From NCBI RefSeq assembly GCF_009914755.1, contig NC_060935.1: DNA of 64,000 nucleotides. One strand, written 5' to 3'. Numbering within the stretch: the stretch's first letter is position 1; every line of letters begins with the position of its first letter. The position numbers and the translations under genes were made by a program. Below are positions 1 to 14,378 of this stretch, piece after piece. The stretch is from the human T2T-CHM13v2.0 reference genome, Homo sapiens. The notes under the pieces were generated by a model, which was not told where the DNA came from, searched no databases, and saw only the letters and a program-made list of their open reading frames with translations.

Positions 1-699
1 TTTACAAATTCACATCACAGGGTCAGAAGCTTATGTCACTTACATACAAAGCTAGTTCTACTTAAGCACATCTTTTAAACTTTAGCGGTTAGGCTTTAAA
101 TTAAAGTTCTTGTTTATTATTCTCATGATTATTTTAATTCTCAGAGCTTAATTTCCATAGAAACAGGAAAATTAAACCGTAAGTCTGAACTCAAGTATAC
201 CATGTGGCAAACTGTAATGTTGCTTCTTATTTTGAACTGTTCTTCATTTACCATGACTATAACAGGTGTGTCATAAGCCCCCCACCCAACCTCCAGGAAG
301 TGTGGAGCATCTTAAAAGCCAACCAACATATACGTACGCAGGGAAAATACATATAATTTCATTGTATGTAATTGCAGCAGTTTATGAGATGTATAAAATA
401 TTTAAGAGAAAACATTTGGCATCTTTTAAAATTCTTGTAAATATCAAATCTCATGTTGTTATAGAGAATATCAAATCTCATTACCTGTTACAGGGAAGTA
501 ATTTTCAGCATTTGTATAGTTCAACAACAAATGAGATACTTGTATTACTTAAATTTATTTGTTTTCTTATTTATTATATTTCCCTGCACTAGAATATAAG
601 CCCTATGACAGAAGAAATCTTGCCTCTAATTTTCCATCACCAGTGGCCAGCTCAACTCCTCACAAAAGACACCATCATACATTCAGTTTTTTTGTTATC

Positions 700-1897
<1,198 letters not shown>

Positions 1898-4800
1898 ATA
1901 GTTCTTCCTAGTTAAGATTGGGTTGGTCAGTAATAAAATATATGCAATTTTGCTGCCCAAATTTGAATTCTGATAGCTCTAGCTTGAAGAACTTCTTAAA
2001 TTTATACCTATAATTATTGGAATTATTTAGTACTGCCAAAGGTTGTGAGCAATTCTCTATGCAACAGATAATGCTAGATTGCCTGGAGGTGCTAATTTTC
2101 TAGGGTAGATGATTAGTGATGCTGTTTTCTGACCTTTCCTGAGCTACAATAATCAGCTATTACTGTTTATGTAATTTCACAGTACTTATACTCCTCATCT
2201 CTTCCTAGGGTAAATCATATTTCATGAAATAAATTCAAATTAATTTGTGATGAAAAACTCATGACACATTTTGAGATTATTGGTGACATTTTATGATTTC
2301 ATAAAACCAGAGCCGGAACTCCCTGACTTAATGGTTGAACTGGTATTTGCAAATGGTATGCTTAATCTATTACACTTGTTCTCATTTGTGGAGGCAAAAC
2401 TCAGAGCCTGAGGATGGTGGCATAAAGGATTAAGGGCAACAAGAAGGGCCCCTTTGCTCACAAATATATTCTTGCTTTCCAGAAACCTGGTTTCATTTGA
2501 ATTCATCAATTTTTCCTTTTGAAACACAAAGAAACCCACTGGTGTCAGTCATTCATATTTGATTTATAACTTTATGTAGACTGTATGACTTCAGTTTGAA
2601 GCATGGTAGACTAGGTGAGTCTATGAGGGACACTTACATGAAGGAACATATTAAAGGAGGCCATAGGCATGAGGGAAGCAGAAGAGAGAAGCTTCTCCAG
2701 AAGAGAAAGGAGATCAGACAGAAAGCCAAACATGAAATCACACATCTTCCTAGGACACCTGTGACAACAGCTGCAGTAGGCTCTGGTAATAACTTCTGTC
2801 TATCTAGCGCTCACTATTTACAAAACACTTCAACAATATCTTCTGTTTCATTGTTAAAATCAAGACCTACGCCACGCGATTATTGCTACATTTTCAAGTG
2901 AAAAAAACCTGAGGATTTGATAAGTTAAGCAACTTACTCAAATTCACACAGCAGATAACAGAAATAAAAATTAGTCTAATGGCTTCTGGTCTTGTTCACT
3001 TCCCACTTATAACTCCTATCTATGCTATTGTCACTAGTCCTTCTGTTGCAGTTGTCTGGCAAAACCCCAACCCTGACTGAACCCAACCCTCCACCTTCTT
3101 CACTGCCCCTTCCAGAAGTTAGTGGAGAAAATCCTCAAATGATGGAAGTCACTATGATCTCCAAATGTAACACCACACTTCGCCCTGCTCAGCTTGCTGT
3201 CCCTCTTTCTAAAAAGATAAACTCCAATGTTCTCCTTTCCTGCATCACTTCCAGAAAATATGTTTGCTAATAATTCCAAGAGAAAAACAAAGCCATGTGA
3301 TGTGAAGTCTCTCAAATTATTATGCCAGATTTCTATACTTTACTGCATGCAAACCCACCGTCTCCTTTCTATTCCTATTACAGTGGAGCAAGTGTTCCCT
3401 CTGATACCAAAAGTCCATCAATTCATGTCTTTTTAAAGATCTCACCAGATCATTTAATCTCTCTATATTCTGCATCTTCAAACCCAGCCTCTACTTAAGT
3501 CATCTCTGAATATTCAAACATGTTCTAGTATCTCTTAGTTTTTAAAATGTTGTCTTGACCTGGCATCTCCCCTTGGCTACTGTCCTATCTCCTTCCTCTT
3601 TACCAGTCAAGCTTATCAGAAGATCTGTTTATACACACTCTCTCTATTTTCTACTTCTTCCTTCCCAAACTCTCTTTATCTCATTCTAGTCTGAGTTTCC
3701 TCACAAAGCCCCTACCAAGAAAAAGAGAAATGGTCCTACTAAATTCACCAGTAATCTTGATTTTGCCAAATCTAATGAGATCTCGTTAGTTCTCATTTTG
3801 GTCCATCTCACAACAGTGGGAAGCCCAGTGGCTCATTCCTTCCTTGAAACACTCTTCTGCATTCTGTGCCTCTCCTGCTTTTCTTCTGACCATGCTGGCC
3901 ATTCCTTTTGTACATCTCTATTTTAATTCTTCCTCAACCTATTAATCTTCATACTTAAAAAACAAAAACAAGGAAAACAAAAACAACTATGTGCTATTTT
4001 TGCATGTTTTAGGCTGACAATTGTTATAAATTTAAATAGTAGCAAAGGATATCATTTCTGACCTACTGTGAATTGTAAAATTTTATTTTTTTCACAATTA
4101 CATCACTATTTCAAATGTATCCCATGGGATATAAGTACATACTGATTTGAAGTCCACGCTCACAATTTAAAATATTAATAAACAATATCTTCTTGAGCAG
4201 TTAAAAAATCACACTTTTCTTTCTCCTTGAACTTATGTTTCCATTCTACTTTTACCATGGGAAGTTTTACTTCAATATATCACTATGTTAGAACATTTTC
4301 TATTGATCACCCTAGCATACTTATATAAAACAAAAACACATGTACAAATATAAATCTGATGATTTTTCCCTCAAATTTTCTGTGACCATAAGATTCCAAA
4401 CAATAAAAATAATTTTCTAGACTGGGTTTTATGATTATTAGTGTTATGCAATTTATCAAAATCACTAAAATATATTATGAAATTCAACATATAAACCTAA
4501 AACAATAAAGATGAAATTGTATTGGGGATTCTTTTCTTAGTAGATTGAGTAGTGTTTTTCAAAATCAGTCCATGTTTCCATAGATTAATATGAATTAAAG
4601 TTAAGAGTAAGACAAGATTCAGAATTCCTTTTTTCATTTCTGTATATGTAAGTGATCAGAAATCTTGTTCATATAAACAGGTAGATGGGAATGGGAAGAA
4701 AACTGAATTCCTTCCAAGTTATATGCTCTGAATCCTGTGACCTATAATTAAAATTACTTTAATAATCTATCAGTTGACTGTTGCTTTTCAATTTTATTAA

Positions 4801-5674
4801 AAGCAAAGAATTGGAAACCACATGATTTAACAAAATGATTAGTTACCTAATCATTAGAGTCACCGACTTTCTCATGCCAGGCAACAGTATTTCAGATTGT
4901 TTCTTTATATCTAGGACAATGAATCATAGCAGAATTTAGGACGGTTAAGACATATACTTTATTTTTTTAAATGTGAAAATACCAATTAAATGGAAAAGTG
5001 AAAAAGAAGAACCATCATAAAGCTGCAGGCTTCTTCTTGGGCAGGTCAATTGAAGATCTGGATATTAAGTGACATAAATCCACCTATGTACTCCTAGAGG
5101 TACACCTTACTCAATTTAGAAAGCTCTGCTCTAACCTACATTAAAAGTCTGAAATATCTCAGGACTAAGTCCTAGCTTCTCTTTTCTTTTTATTCCATAC
5201 TTTTTCAAGGCAATCTCTTAATTCACTTGGTTTTAAAGGTTCCCAATGACATTCCCAGTCAGATCTCTCAGAGTTCCATATCCACGTTCAACTGCCTATT
5301 TGATATCTCCATTTGCTTTTGTTGTAGGCATCTTAAACTTAACATTGTCCAAAATGGAACTATTCAACATATTTTCCAACTTTACCTCTCCACCATTCCT
5401 TTCCAATTGTCATCCTCAAAGTCATTCTTTAATAATTCTATTAGATGGTGAACTCTTTGAAAACAAGGGTATTATATACTCAGCACCTGATATGGGGCCC
5501 AGGACAAAGAGGACACAGATGATTTATTTGAAGGAATACCACTTCCCTTTGCATCCCATTCCAATTAATCATTAAGATTTATAAAGTTTATCCCCAGTAT
5601 ATTTCAAAATATGTCTATTTCTCTCAATCTTTTTGCCAACACCTTAGTTCAAGTTACAATCTTTCATTAGCTGA

Positions 5675-6009
<335 letters not shown>

Positions 6010-7136
6010 CTACAACAGCTTCTTAGACTGCTATAACTGCAGGCACTCTTATCAGCTAAGCCAGACTTCCATGGCAGAGTGATTTTTATAGATAACAATT
6101 TAGTTTTGTCATTTCCCACATTGAAACATTCCAGGTCTCATGTTCTTTCAAAAGGATAAAGAATAAATTACTTACTATAGCACCCAAGGCTCTCTCTCCC
6201 TGATTTCTCATGGCCACCTCTCCACCTTCACCTTGTGCCAGTCTGCACTCTCCCACCACCTCCAGTCACCTTCCCTATTCCTCCTCAGGCCTTTGGGCAT
6301 GCATTCTCTGCCTGAAGACTCCTCCAGCTCCATTCACTTGGGTAACAGTTACCCTTTATGTCTCAGCTTAAATATTAACTCTCTACAAGGCTTCCCCTGA
6401 GTATCTTAGGCTAGATTAGGTCATGCCATTACAGCCTTTCACAGCACTACGTCCTTTACATTCATAGAACTCCTTTTAACTCTCAACTTAGGTTGATTAC
6501 CGTGTTGGGTTGAGAGGTCCATGGTGGCAAAGATCCTGATTTTCTTGTTCCCTTCTCTATTCCCAGCTCCAGATGTCTGAAGCACAACAGAATACTCAAG
6601 AAATATTTATAGGGCCAATAAATAACAACAGTTTGGGAGTAAAATAAAATATTCTGTGTCAGTTTAATAAACACTTGTTTTATCCCTTATGCTTATTATA
6701 TCACTTAATTTCCCAATGACAGTGAATCAGCTTACTCAAGATCTATCTCACCACAATGAAAACCCTGAAACTACCTTCCCTCACTCCCCACATACAAAAC
6801 AGTGACATAGCTCATATTCTTTTCTAAGTCAGGTTTGCAAGTTTGATGCTGCACTCTGAATGCTAGAGAAGTGAGAATGCAGAGGTGATGAGTTTATGGC
6901 ACATAAAGCATACTCTCACATAAGGCACAATCAATCATTATGGGATGCTTTTGAACAAAGGTCTAAAATACATGTTACATTATTATTATGATGATGTATA
7001 TTATTATGTATACCTGGACTAATGACTATCAAATAGATTGTGTTTTAATAATTTTATTCAACATGCAGATAAACAGGGGAAACAGCTAATAATTCATTTT
7101 TCAATTCATTGTTTTCTGAAAGAAAGCATTGCTTTG

Positions 7137-7455
<319 letters not shown>

Positions 7456-7939
7456 TCAAATGGTCTACATTCCTCTGTTAATTTACAACTAAATCAGACT
7501 ATAATATTTAAAGGAGTTAACAAACGATAGGAGAAGACGGAAAATTATACCAACACTTTAATTATTAGCAGTATATTGTGGATTATATCTTGTGGCTCTG
7601 ATGTCTGTGTTGTAAATAACAGGCACATTTGCATAATCAAAAATGATTTGGGCCAAATTCAGGTAACATGAGTCTTCACAGGCCAATTCTAGGTCACTGT
7701 GCGAAGGATGATTTATACATTGTCTTAGCTCAAAATGTTAGAATAATACTGATATTGAGTGTTACAACCTCTCCAGAAGCTGGTTTTAATTAATAAACAC
7801 TATTATTATTAATTCAATCAGACAAATGTTAAAAAATACTTCAGGTCTATAATTTACAAAGAAAAAAGAAAAAAAAAAAGTAACAAGGAATACTGGAGCC
7901 AGTTAATTTCAAACCCAGAAATATGTAAGTAACAACAAA

Positions 7940-8547
7940 TCCCCACACTGTGTCCAAGTGTTCTCATTGTTAAATTCCCTCCTATGAGTGAGAACATATG
8001 GTGTTTGGTTTTGTGTCCTTGTGATAGTTTGCTCAGAAAGATGGTTTCATCCATGTCCCTACAAAGGACATGAACTCATCCTTTTATGTAGCTGCATAGT
8101 ATTCCATGGTGTGTATTTGCCACATTTTCTTAATCCAGTCTATCACTGATGGACATTTGGGTTGCTTCCAAGTCTTTGCTATTGTGAATAGTGCCGCAAT
8201 AAACATACGTGTGCATGTGTCTTTATAGTAGCATGATTTATAATCCTTTGGGTATATACCCAGTAACGGGATCGCTGGGTCAAATGGTATTTCTAGTTCT
8301 AGTTCCCTGAGGAATCACCACATTGTCTTCCACAATGGTTGAACTAGTTTACACTGCCACCAACAGTGTATGTAAAAGCTTTCCTATTTCTCCATATGCT
8401 CTCCAGCACCTGTTGTTTCCTGACTTTTTAATGATCTCCTTTCTAACTGGTGTGAGATGGTATCTCACTGTGGTTTTGATTTGCATTTCTCTGATGACCA
8501 GTGATGATGAGCATTTTTTCATGTGTCTGTTGGCTGCATAAATGTCT
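7940..8547 (-). mobile_element. L1PA-type fragment (ORF2 C-terminus plus part of the 3'UTR), lacking the extreme 3' end and poly-A
   Basis: ORF 8349..8582(-) contains [28 protein letters not shown], which is L1 ORF2. The 3'UTR sequence cctatgagtgagaacatatggtgtttgg is present. Confidence 0.93.
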
Positions 8548-8714
8548 TGAACTTTCATCCTGCCTTTTTCATTTAATACCATAACACAGTCATTTTATTT
8601 TAAAATACTTTGTAAATTCTGGCAGAAACTCTACAAGCCAAAATTTACAAAATATTTTTAAAGTACAATGCCTGTGTTATGGTATTAAATGAAAAAGGCA
8701 GGATAAAAGTTCAA
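8547..8714. repeat. Long inverted repeat: arms 8547-8623 and 8637-8714, 13-nt spacer
   Basis: ttgaactttcatcctgcctttttcatttaataccataacacag...gtaaattctggc is the near-perfect reverse complement of gccaaaatttac...ctgtgttatggtattaaatgaaaaaggcaggataaaagttcaa. Confidence 0.95.
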
Positions 8715-9418
8715 CTGTTTGAAAATATGCACTGAATATGAAGGAGTATAATAAATAGAGGCTTTTAGTGATAAGGTTGTGAATGATTCTAATTTACTTT
8801 GAAATGTCCGTATTTTTCAAATTTTCTATGAGGTACATCCATTACTTTATAATCAGAGAAATACATTATCTTCAAAAACAAGATTACTTAATCTTTTTCA
8901 CTATCTTTTTAGATGGGTTTGTGAAGTGACTAAAACACCAATCCACACTGATCAGTCATTTCCTGAAGAGCTAAAAGAATATGGGTGTCACTTTGATGTA
9001 TTTGTGCTTTTAATTTTTAATACTATGACATGAGATGTTGGCAGGGCTTTGTGTTCATAGATTCTTAAATATATGTTCAGTTATTTATCTGCAGATAATT
9101 GCAATTGCAGCCATGTGCTGTAGTGAGAAGAATATGGATTTTGGAGTCAAACAGACTGAGTATGAATTTTGTCTCAGACACCTGTAAATAACTGAACCTC
9201 TTTACACCTCCATAGGCTTCTGGAAAAAAATTTAATGAATGGTAGCTATCATTAGTTCTAAGTGTCTGCTGTTGGTGAGAGACATGCTAGATGTTATAGA
9301 AAATAGAATAGTAAATGAATAACATGGGATAGAAGACATATAGAATGGTGGTATATTAAGGAGACTTAGAGATTGCCATGTTTCTTCTCTTCAGATTTAG
9401 CTATCAAGAAAATAACTA

Positions 9419-9785
<367 letters not shown>

Positions 9786-9871
9786 CTATTAATCTGGGAT
9801 GAAAGCCACAACTACCACCACAAAACCTAATATGAGAAACTAAAAGCCAAGAACTCTACCAGTCACAGTCT

Positions 9872-10248
9872 TATTGTTTGAATGTGTCCCCCAAAAGTTC
9901 ATGTGTTGGAAATTTAATTCCCAATGCAACAGTGTTGGGAGGTCGGGCCTAATAACAGGTGATTGGGTCATTCGGGCAGAGTCCTCATAAATGGATTAAT
10001 ATTATCATGACAGTGGTTAGTTATTTAGAGAGAAGGTGGTTATAAAGCAAGTCTGGCCTATAGTATCTCTCTCTGTATTGTGTACTTGATCCTGCTTCTG
10101 CCCTGCCCTTTCACCAAGGGATGGCCTTTGTCAGATGCTGGTACCATGCTCTTGGACTTGCCAGCCTCCAGAACCATGAGCCTAAGAAACTTCTTTTCTT
10201 TATAAATTACCCAGTCTGTAGTATCCTGTTACAGTAACCAAAAATGAA
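9872..10248 (+). mobile_element. MaLR solo LTR (MST family)
   Basis: tttgaatgtgtcccccaaaagttcatgtgttggaaatttaattcccaatgcaacagtgttggg...tttataaattacccagtc. Confidence 0.8.
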
Positions 10249-11005
10249 TATCTATTTATTTTATTTATTTCTGTTATATAGTAACAGAAAGAGAATACCT
10301 ATTTATTTTATTTTTACTGTGCCTTAAAACTAAATAAATATAGTTAGCATTTAAGTGATCACTTCATGGAAAGTCTACAAGATCCCAGAGAGGCTTTACT
10401 CTCATTCACCCCAACAGACATAATCAGGAATTCCTTGACCAGAGGGCCGCAGTTCACTCCAGTAGATATGTGAACCTTTCTCCACACTTCATACCTCTAA
10501 GGGTTGACAGTGCCAGCTTTATGAATAACCCTAGGCTCAAAAGTGACCAAAGGGCAACTATTTGAAGAAAAAGTAGGTGGAGTTTAGGTGTACAAGTTGT
10601 AGTATTGTAGGCATGCACTCAGGGCTCTCATGAGGTAAGAAGGAGCTGGGGATAGAAAACGAAATGCATAAACTGGGGGCTGGGGACTGCTGTCGCTGTG
10701 CTGGAATTTCCTGGTGTAGAAATTTGAGAATTCTAAAAAGTTTATATTCTAACTTGGTTTTCCAGCGTTAGCTTCCTCTGAGAAACCAAAATGTAATGTG
10801 TTCCTTTGGAATGGAAGTAGGGATAGTGGTGGGGGAGAGGGAAGGGTATTTTGTGAATAAAGGTTGCCTGGCTCAGAATGGGTGGTATGGGAGAAACCGC
10901 TCTCAGAAGATATGCAAGATTTTGTTCTACTGTTGCCACAGTTTCTGAAAATGTCTGGGTGGGCCTGGTGCTTACCATTTTATAAGCTCAATGAATATTA
11001 AGTAG

Positions 11006-11483
11006 TGACAAAGATTCTCTCCTTGACCAAACTTTAGTCAGGCTCCTCTAAGCTCTCTTCTCAACTGGGCTTTGACCTTGGGTTTCAGTGTCTGTCCTTC
11101 TCAGGCCTGTACTTCTCAGTTTTAGTAGGAATTCTGTTAACTTACCTTTTTTGTTAATTTATTCTATTGATACATAATGATTGTACATTTTCTGGGATAT
11201 AGTTTAAAGAGAATCCCTCACCATTGATATCTGATCACTCTGGCCCACTTTCAGTAAGTTCAATTGATCAAGAATGCCCCCTTACTCTTGATGTTTCCTC
11301 CTAGTAATTTTCTGTCCACTGATCTCCACCCTGCTCCTTGGCTGTAAATCCCCATTTGTTCATATTGTATCTGAAATTGAGCTTATTTTTATAGTGAGGT
11401 CTCTTTTCCTCTACTGCAACAGTCCCTGAATAAAATCTGTTTCTACCAATTTAACTACTGCCCAGCTTTGATTTTCTGTGACA
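11006..11483 (+). mobile_element. ERV1-class solo LTR (MER31/MER67-like)
   Basis: TG...CA termini, 4-bp TSD gtag, ctccttgaccaaactttagtcaggctcctc motif, AATAAA near the 3' end. Confidence 0.8.
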
Positions 11484-12885
11484 GTAGCTCTAACATCTTT
11501 ATGATTTGGTCATTTAATTGTTAAGCTAATTTGAAGTGGCTTGATGCTTGTGCAAAGCTTACCACATTATTAGACCTTTCTAAATAATGACACAATTTAT
11601 AAACTGCTCAGAAAAACCAATTCTTGAAAATATTTAAGATTACCATTGAATTCAATTTCAGCAAATAATTTAAATATATTTTTCTACCTCCCTCAAACCA
11701 TTTTCTTTTGTCTAGAGCCCAAAGAGCTATTTGCTAAAATCAATATAAAATTTGGTTTCAGAATGTTAGAATGACAACATGTGTCTGGAGAGACTATTAG
11801 AAATAAATAAAAACAAATGCCTTATCACCACTTAAAGCTGCAATCAGCTCTTTGGTATATGAATCTAATGAGCAGTGGATCTTCTCAGAGCTCTGAGTTT
11901 AACTGAAACAAAGCATTGATTTCCTGGCCATGATAATAGCATTCTGAACTTCTCAGGCTGTCAACAAATGTCAGATAATTAGAATATGATTTTAAAATGG
12001 AAAATTCCCCAAGATCCTGTATAGGACTCATAGCTAGTTAGTGGCAGAGATTCCTATGTCTCTTGCCTTCACTAGAGCAGTACATCTTGTTAACTTTTAG
12101 TCTGGGCTGGAAGTTTAGATATAAACCTACAAATAATTCCAGAAATTGCACCCTATACACAAAGCAGTGGCGATGCTTAAATCAGAATATTTAGAATCCC
12201 ATAAAGCCAATCTTAAGGGATATGAATCATCACATCTATGTCTCAGCAATCCTGTTGTTCCTCTGTGAGGAATCAATATATCATTCTTTCTTTTCTTGAT
12301 TATATTTGGAAAATTGGACCTTATAAAACACAACCTGAATTAATCCCCTAAATTGTAAAGCATATCAATAATTTGGTTTTGACTTTTGAAAACAGAAATG
12401 CTATTTATCAGATAATTTTTATACAATGTTGATGTTTTAGCAGCTGGAATACAGGGTCAAATACCTGTTTAGAAAATGTGAGCACCTTGTGATATTTGCT
12501 TGTTTAAAGATTACTTACACCATACAGACATGGAGCCCCAAACAAATGGTACTCTCTACTTGGTTAGATTTAAGAACAAATCAAAGATCTTCTTTAACAG
12601 ATTCAAGAACTTGGTGAATGAATTCAAAAACTTTAAATAAATTGTATCTTTAAATGAACAACAATATGAAGAAGTTGTGAGCTTTCTGAAACTAGGAAAA
12701 AAATTTCTTAGATTTGTAAATGGGGATATTTATGCCCAAAAAGAATGACAGGGCACTTTTAAAGTAATATCTTTATTGAGATATAATTCACATACTTTAA
12801 AATTTGCCCTTTTAAAGTGCATAATTCAGTGTTTTTTTAGTACAGTCACAGAGTTGTCCAATTGCCCTATGTAATTTTAAACATT

Positions 12886-13216
12886 TTCTTTCTTTCTGTT
12901 TTTTCTTTTTCTTTCTTTCTTTTTTTTTTTTTTTGAGACAAGGTGTTGCTCTGCCACCCTGACTGGAGTGTAGTAGTGCAATCATGGCTCACTGCAGCCT
13001 TAACCTCCTGGGCTCAAGCGATCCTCCCACCTTAGCCTCCCAAGTAGCTGAGGCTACAGGCATGCACCACCACACCTGGCTAATTTTTGTATTTTTTGCA
13101 GAGATGAGGTTTCACCATGTTGTAGAGGCTGGCCTCCAACTCCTGTGCTCAAGCAATCTGCCCGCCTTAGCCTCCCAAGGTGCTGGGACTACAGACATAA
13201 GTCATGGTGCCCAGCC
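12886..13216 (-). mobile_element. AluJ-type SINE
   Basis: ctcctgggctcaagcgatcctccc J-type diagnostics. TSD aacattttc. Confidence 0.9.
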
Positions 13217-13902
13217 TAGAACATTTTCATCACCCCCAAAAGAAATCTTATATCTATTACTAGCCCCTGGCAACCACTAATCTACCTTCTATTTGCATGG
13301 ATTTCCCTATTCTAGAAATTTCGTGTAAATAAAATTGTATAATATGTGGCCTTTTTTGTCTGGCTTCTTTCACTTAGCATGTTTTCAAGTTTCATTAATG
13401 TTGTGCCATCTGTCAGTACTTTATTCCTTTTTCAGCTAATAGTATCCCATTTTTGAATATAACACAATTTATCCATTCACCCATCAATGGACATTTGGGT
13501 TGTTTCCAGTTTTTGGCTGTTATGCATAATGGTGCTATGAACCTTAGTGTACAAGTTTTTGTGTAGACATATGTTTTCAGTTCTCTTGGGTATATGCTAG
13601 GAGTAGAATGACTGGTCGTGTGGCAATTCTATTTTTAGCTGTTAGATGGACTGCCAGACTGTTTTCTAAAGTAGCTGCACCATTTTACAATCCCACCAGG
13701 CATGCTGAGGGTTCTGATTCTCTACATCCTTGCCAACACTTATACTGTCCATCTTTTTTATTATAGCCATTCTTGTGGGTATAAAGTGGTATCTCCCTGT
13801 ACTTTTGATTTGCTGTTCACCAATGAATAATGATGCTGGACATCTTTTTATGTGCTCATTGGCCATTTACATATCTTATTTGAATAAATATATATTCAAA
13901 TT

Positions 13903-14378
13903 TGTGGTAGGCTGAATAATGCCCCTCACCTCAAGAAATTTATGTCCCAATGCCTGGAACCTGTGAATATGTTACTTTATATGGCACAAAAGACCTTTCA
14001 GATGTAATTCAGTTAAGGATCTTGAGATGAGGTGACTTTCTTGGATTATCCTGGGGTGTCCAATATAATCACAGGAGTCCTTATAAAGAAGAGTTAGTAG
14101 AGTCATAGTCAATGAAGAGATAGGATGATGGAAGTAAAGGTTGGATGGAGAAAAGGGTTATGAGCCAAGTGATTCAGATGGCCTTTTGAAGTTGGGAAAA
14201 GGAAAAGAAACAAATTATCCCATATAGTCTCTGGGGTTCCCCTGTCAACATTCCAAGTTTATCTCAGTGAGTCTGATTTTGGACTTCTGACGTCCAGAAC
14301 TATAGGATAATAAATTCGCATTATTTTAAGTCACTAAGTTTGTAGTAATGTGTTACAGCAGCAATAGAAAATAATACG
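13903..14378 (+). mobile_element. MLT1-family MaLR LTR nested in L1M
   Basis: tgtggtaggctgaataatg...tgttacagcagcaatagaaaataatac. Confidence 0.8.

Noticed and set aside
8349-8582. ORF with similarity to a real protein
   Set aside because: It is a dead L1 ORF2 C-terminal fragment.
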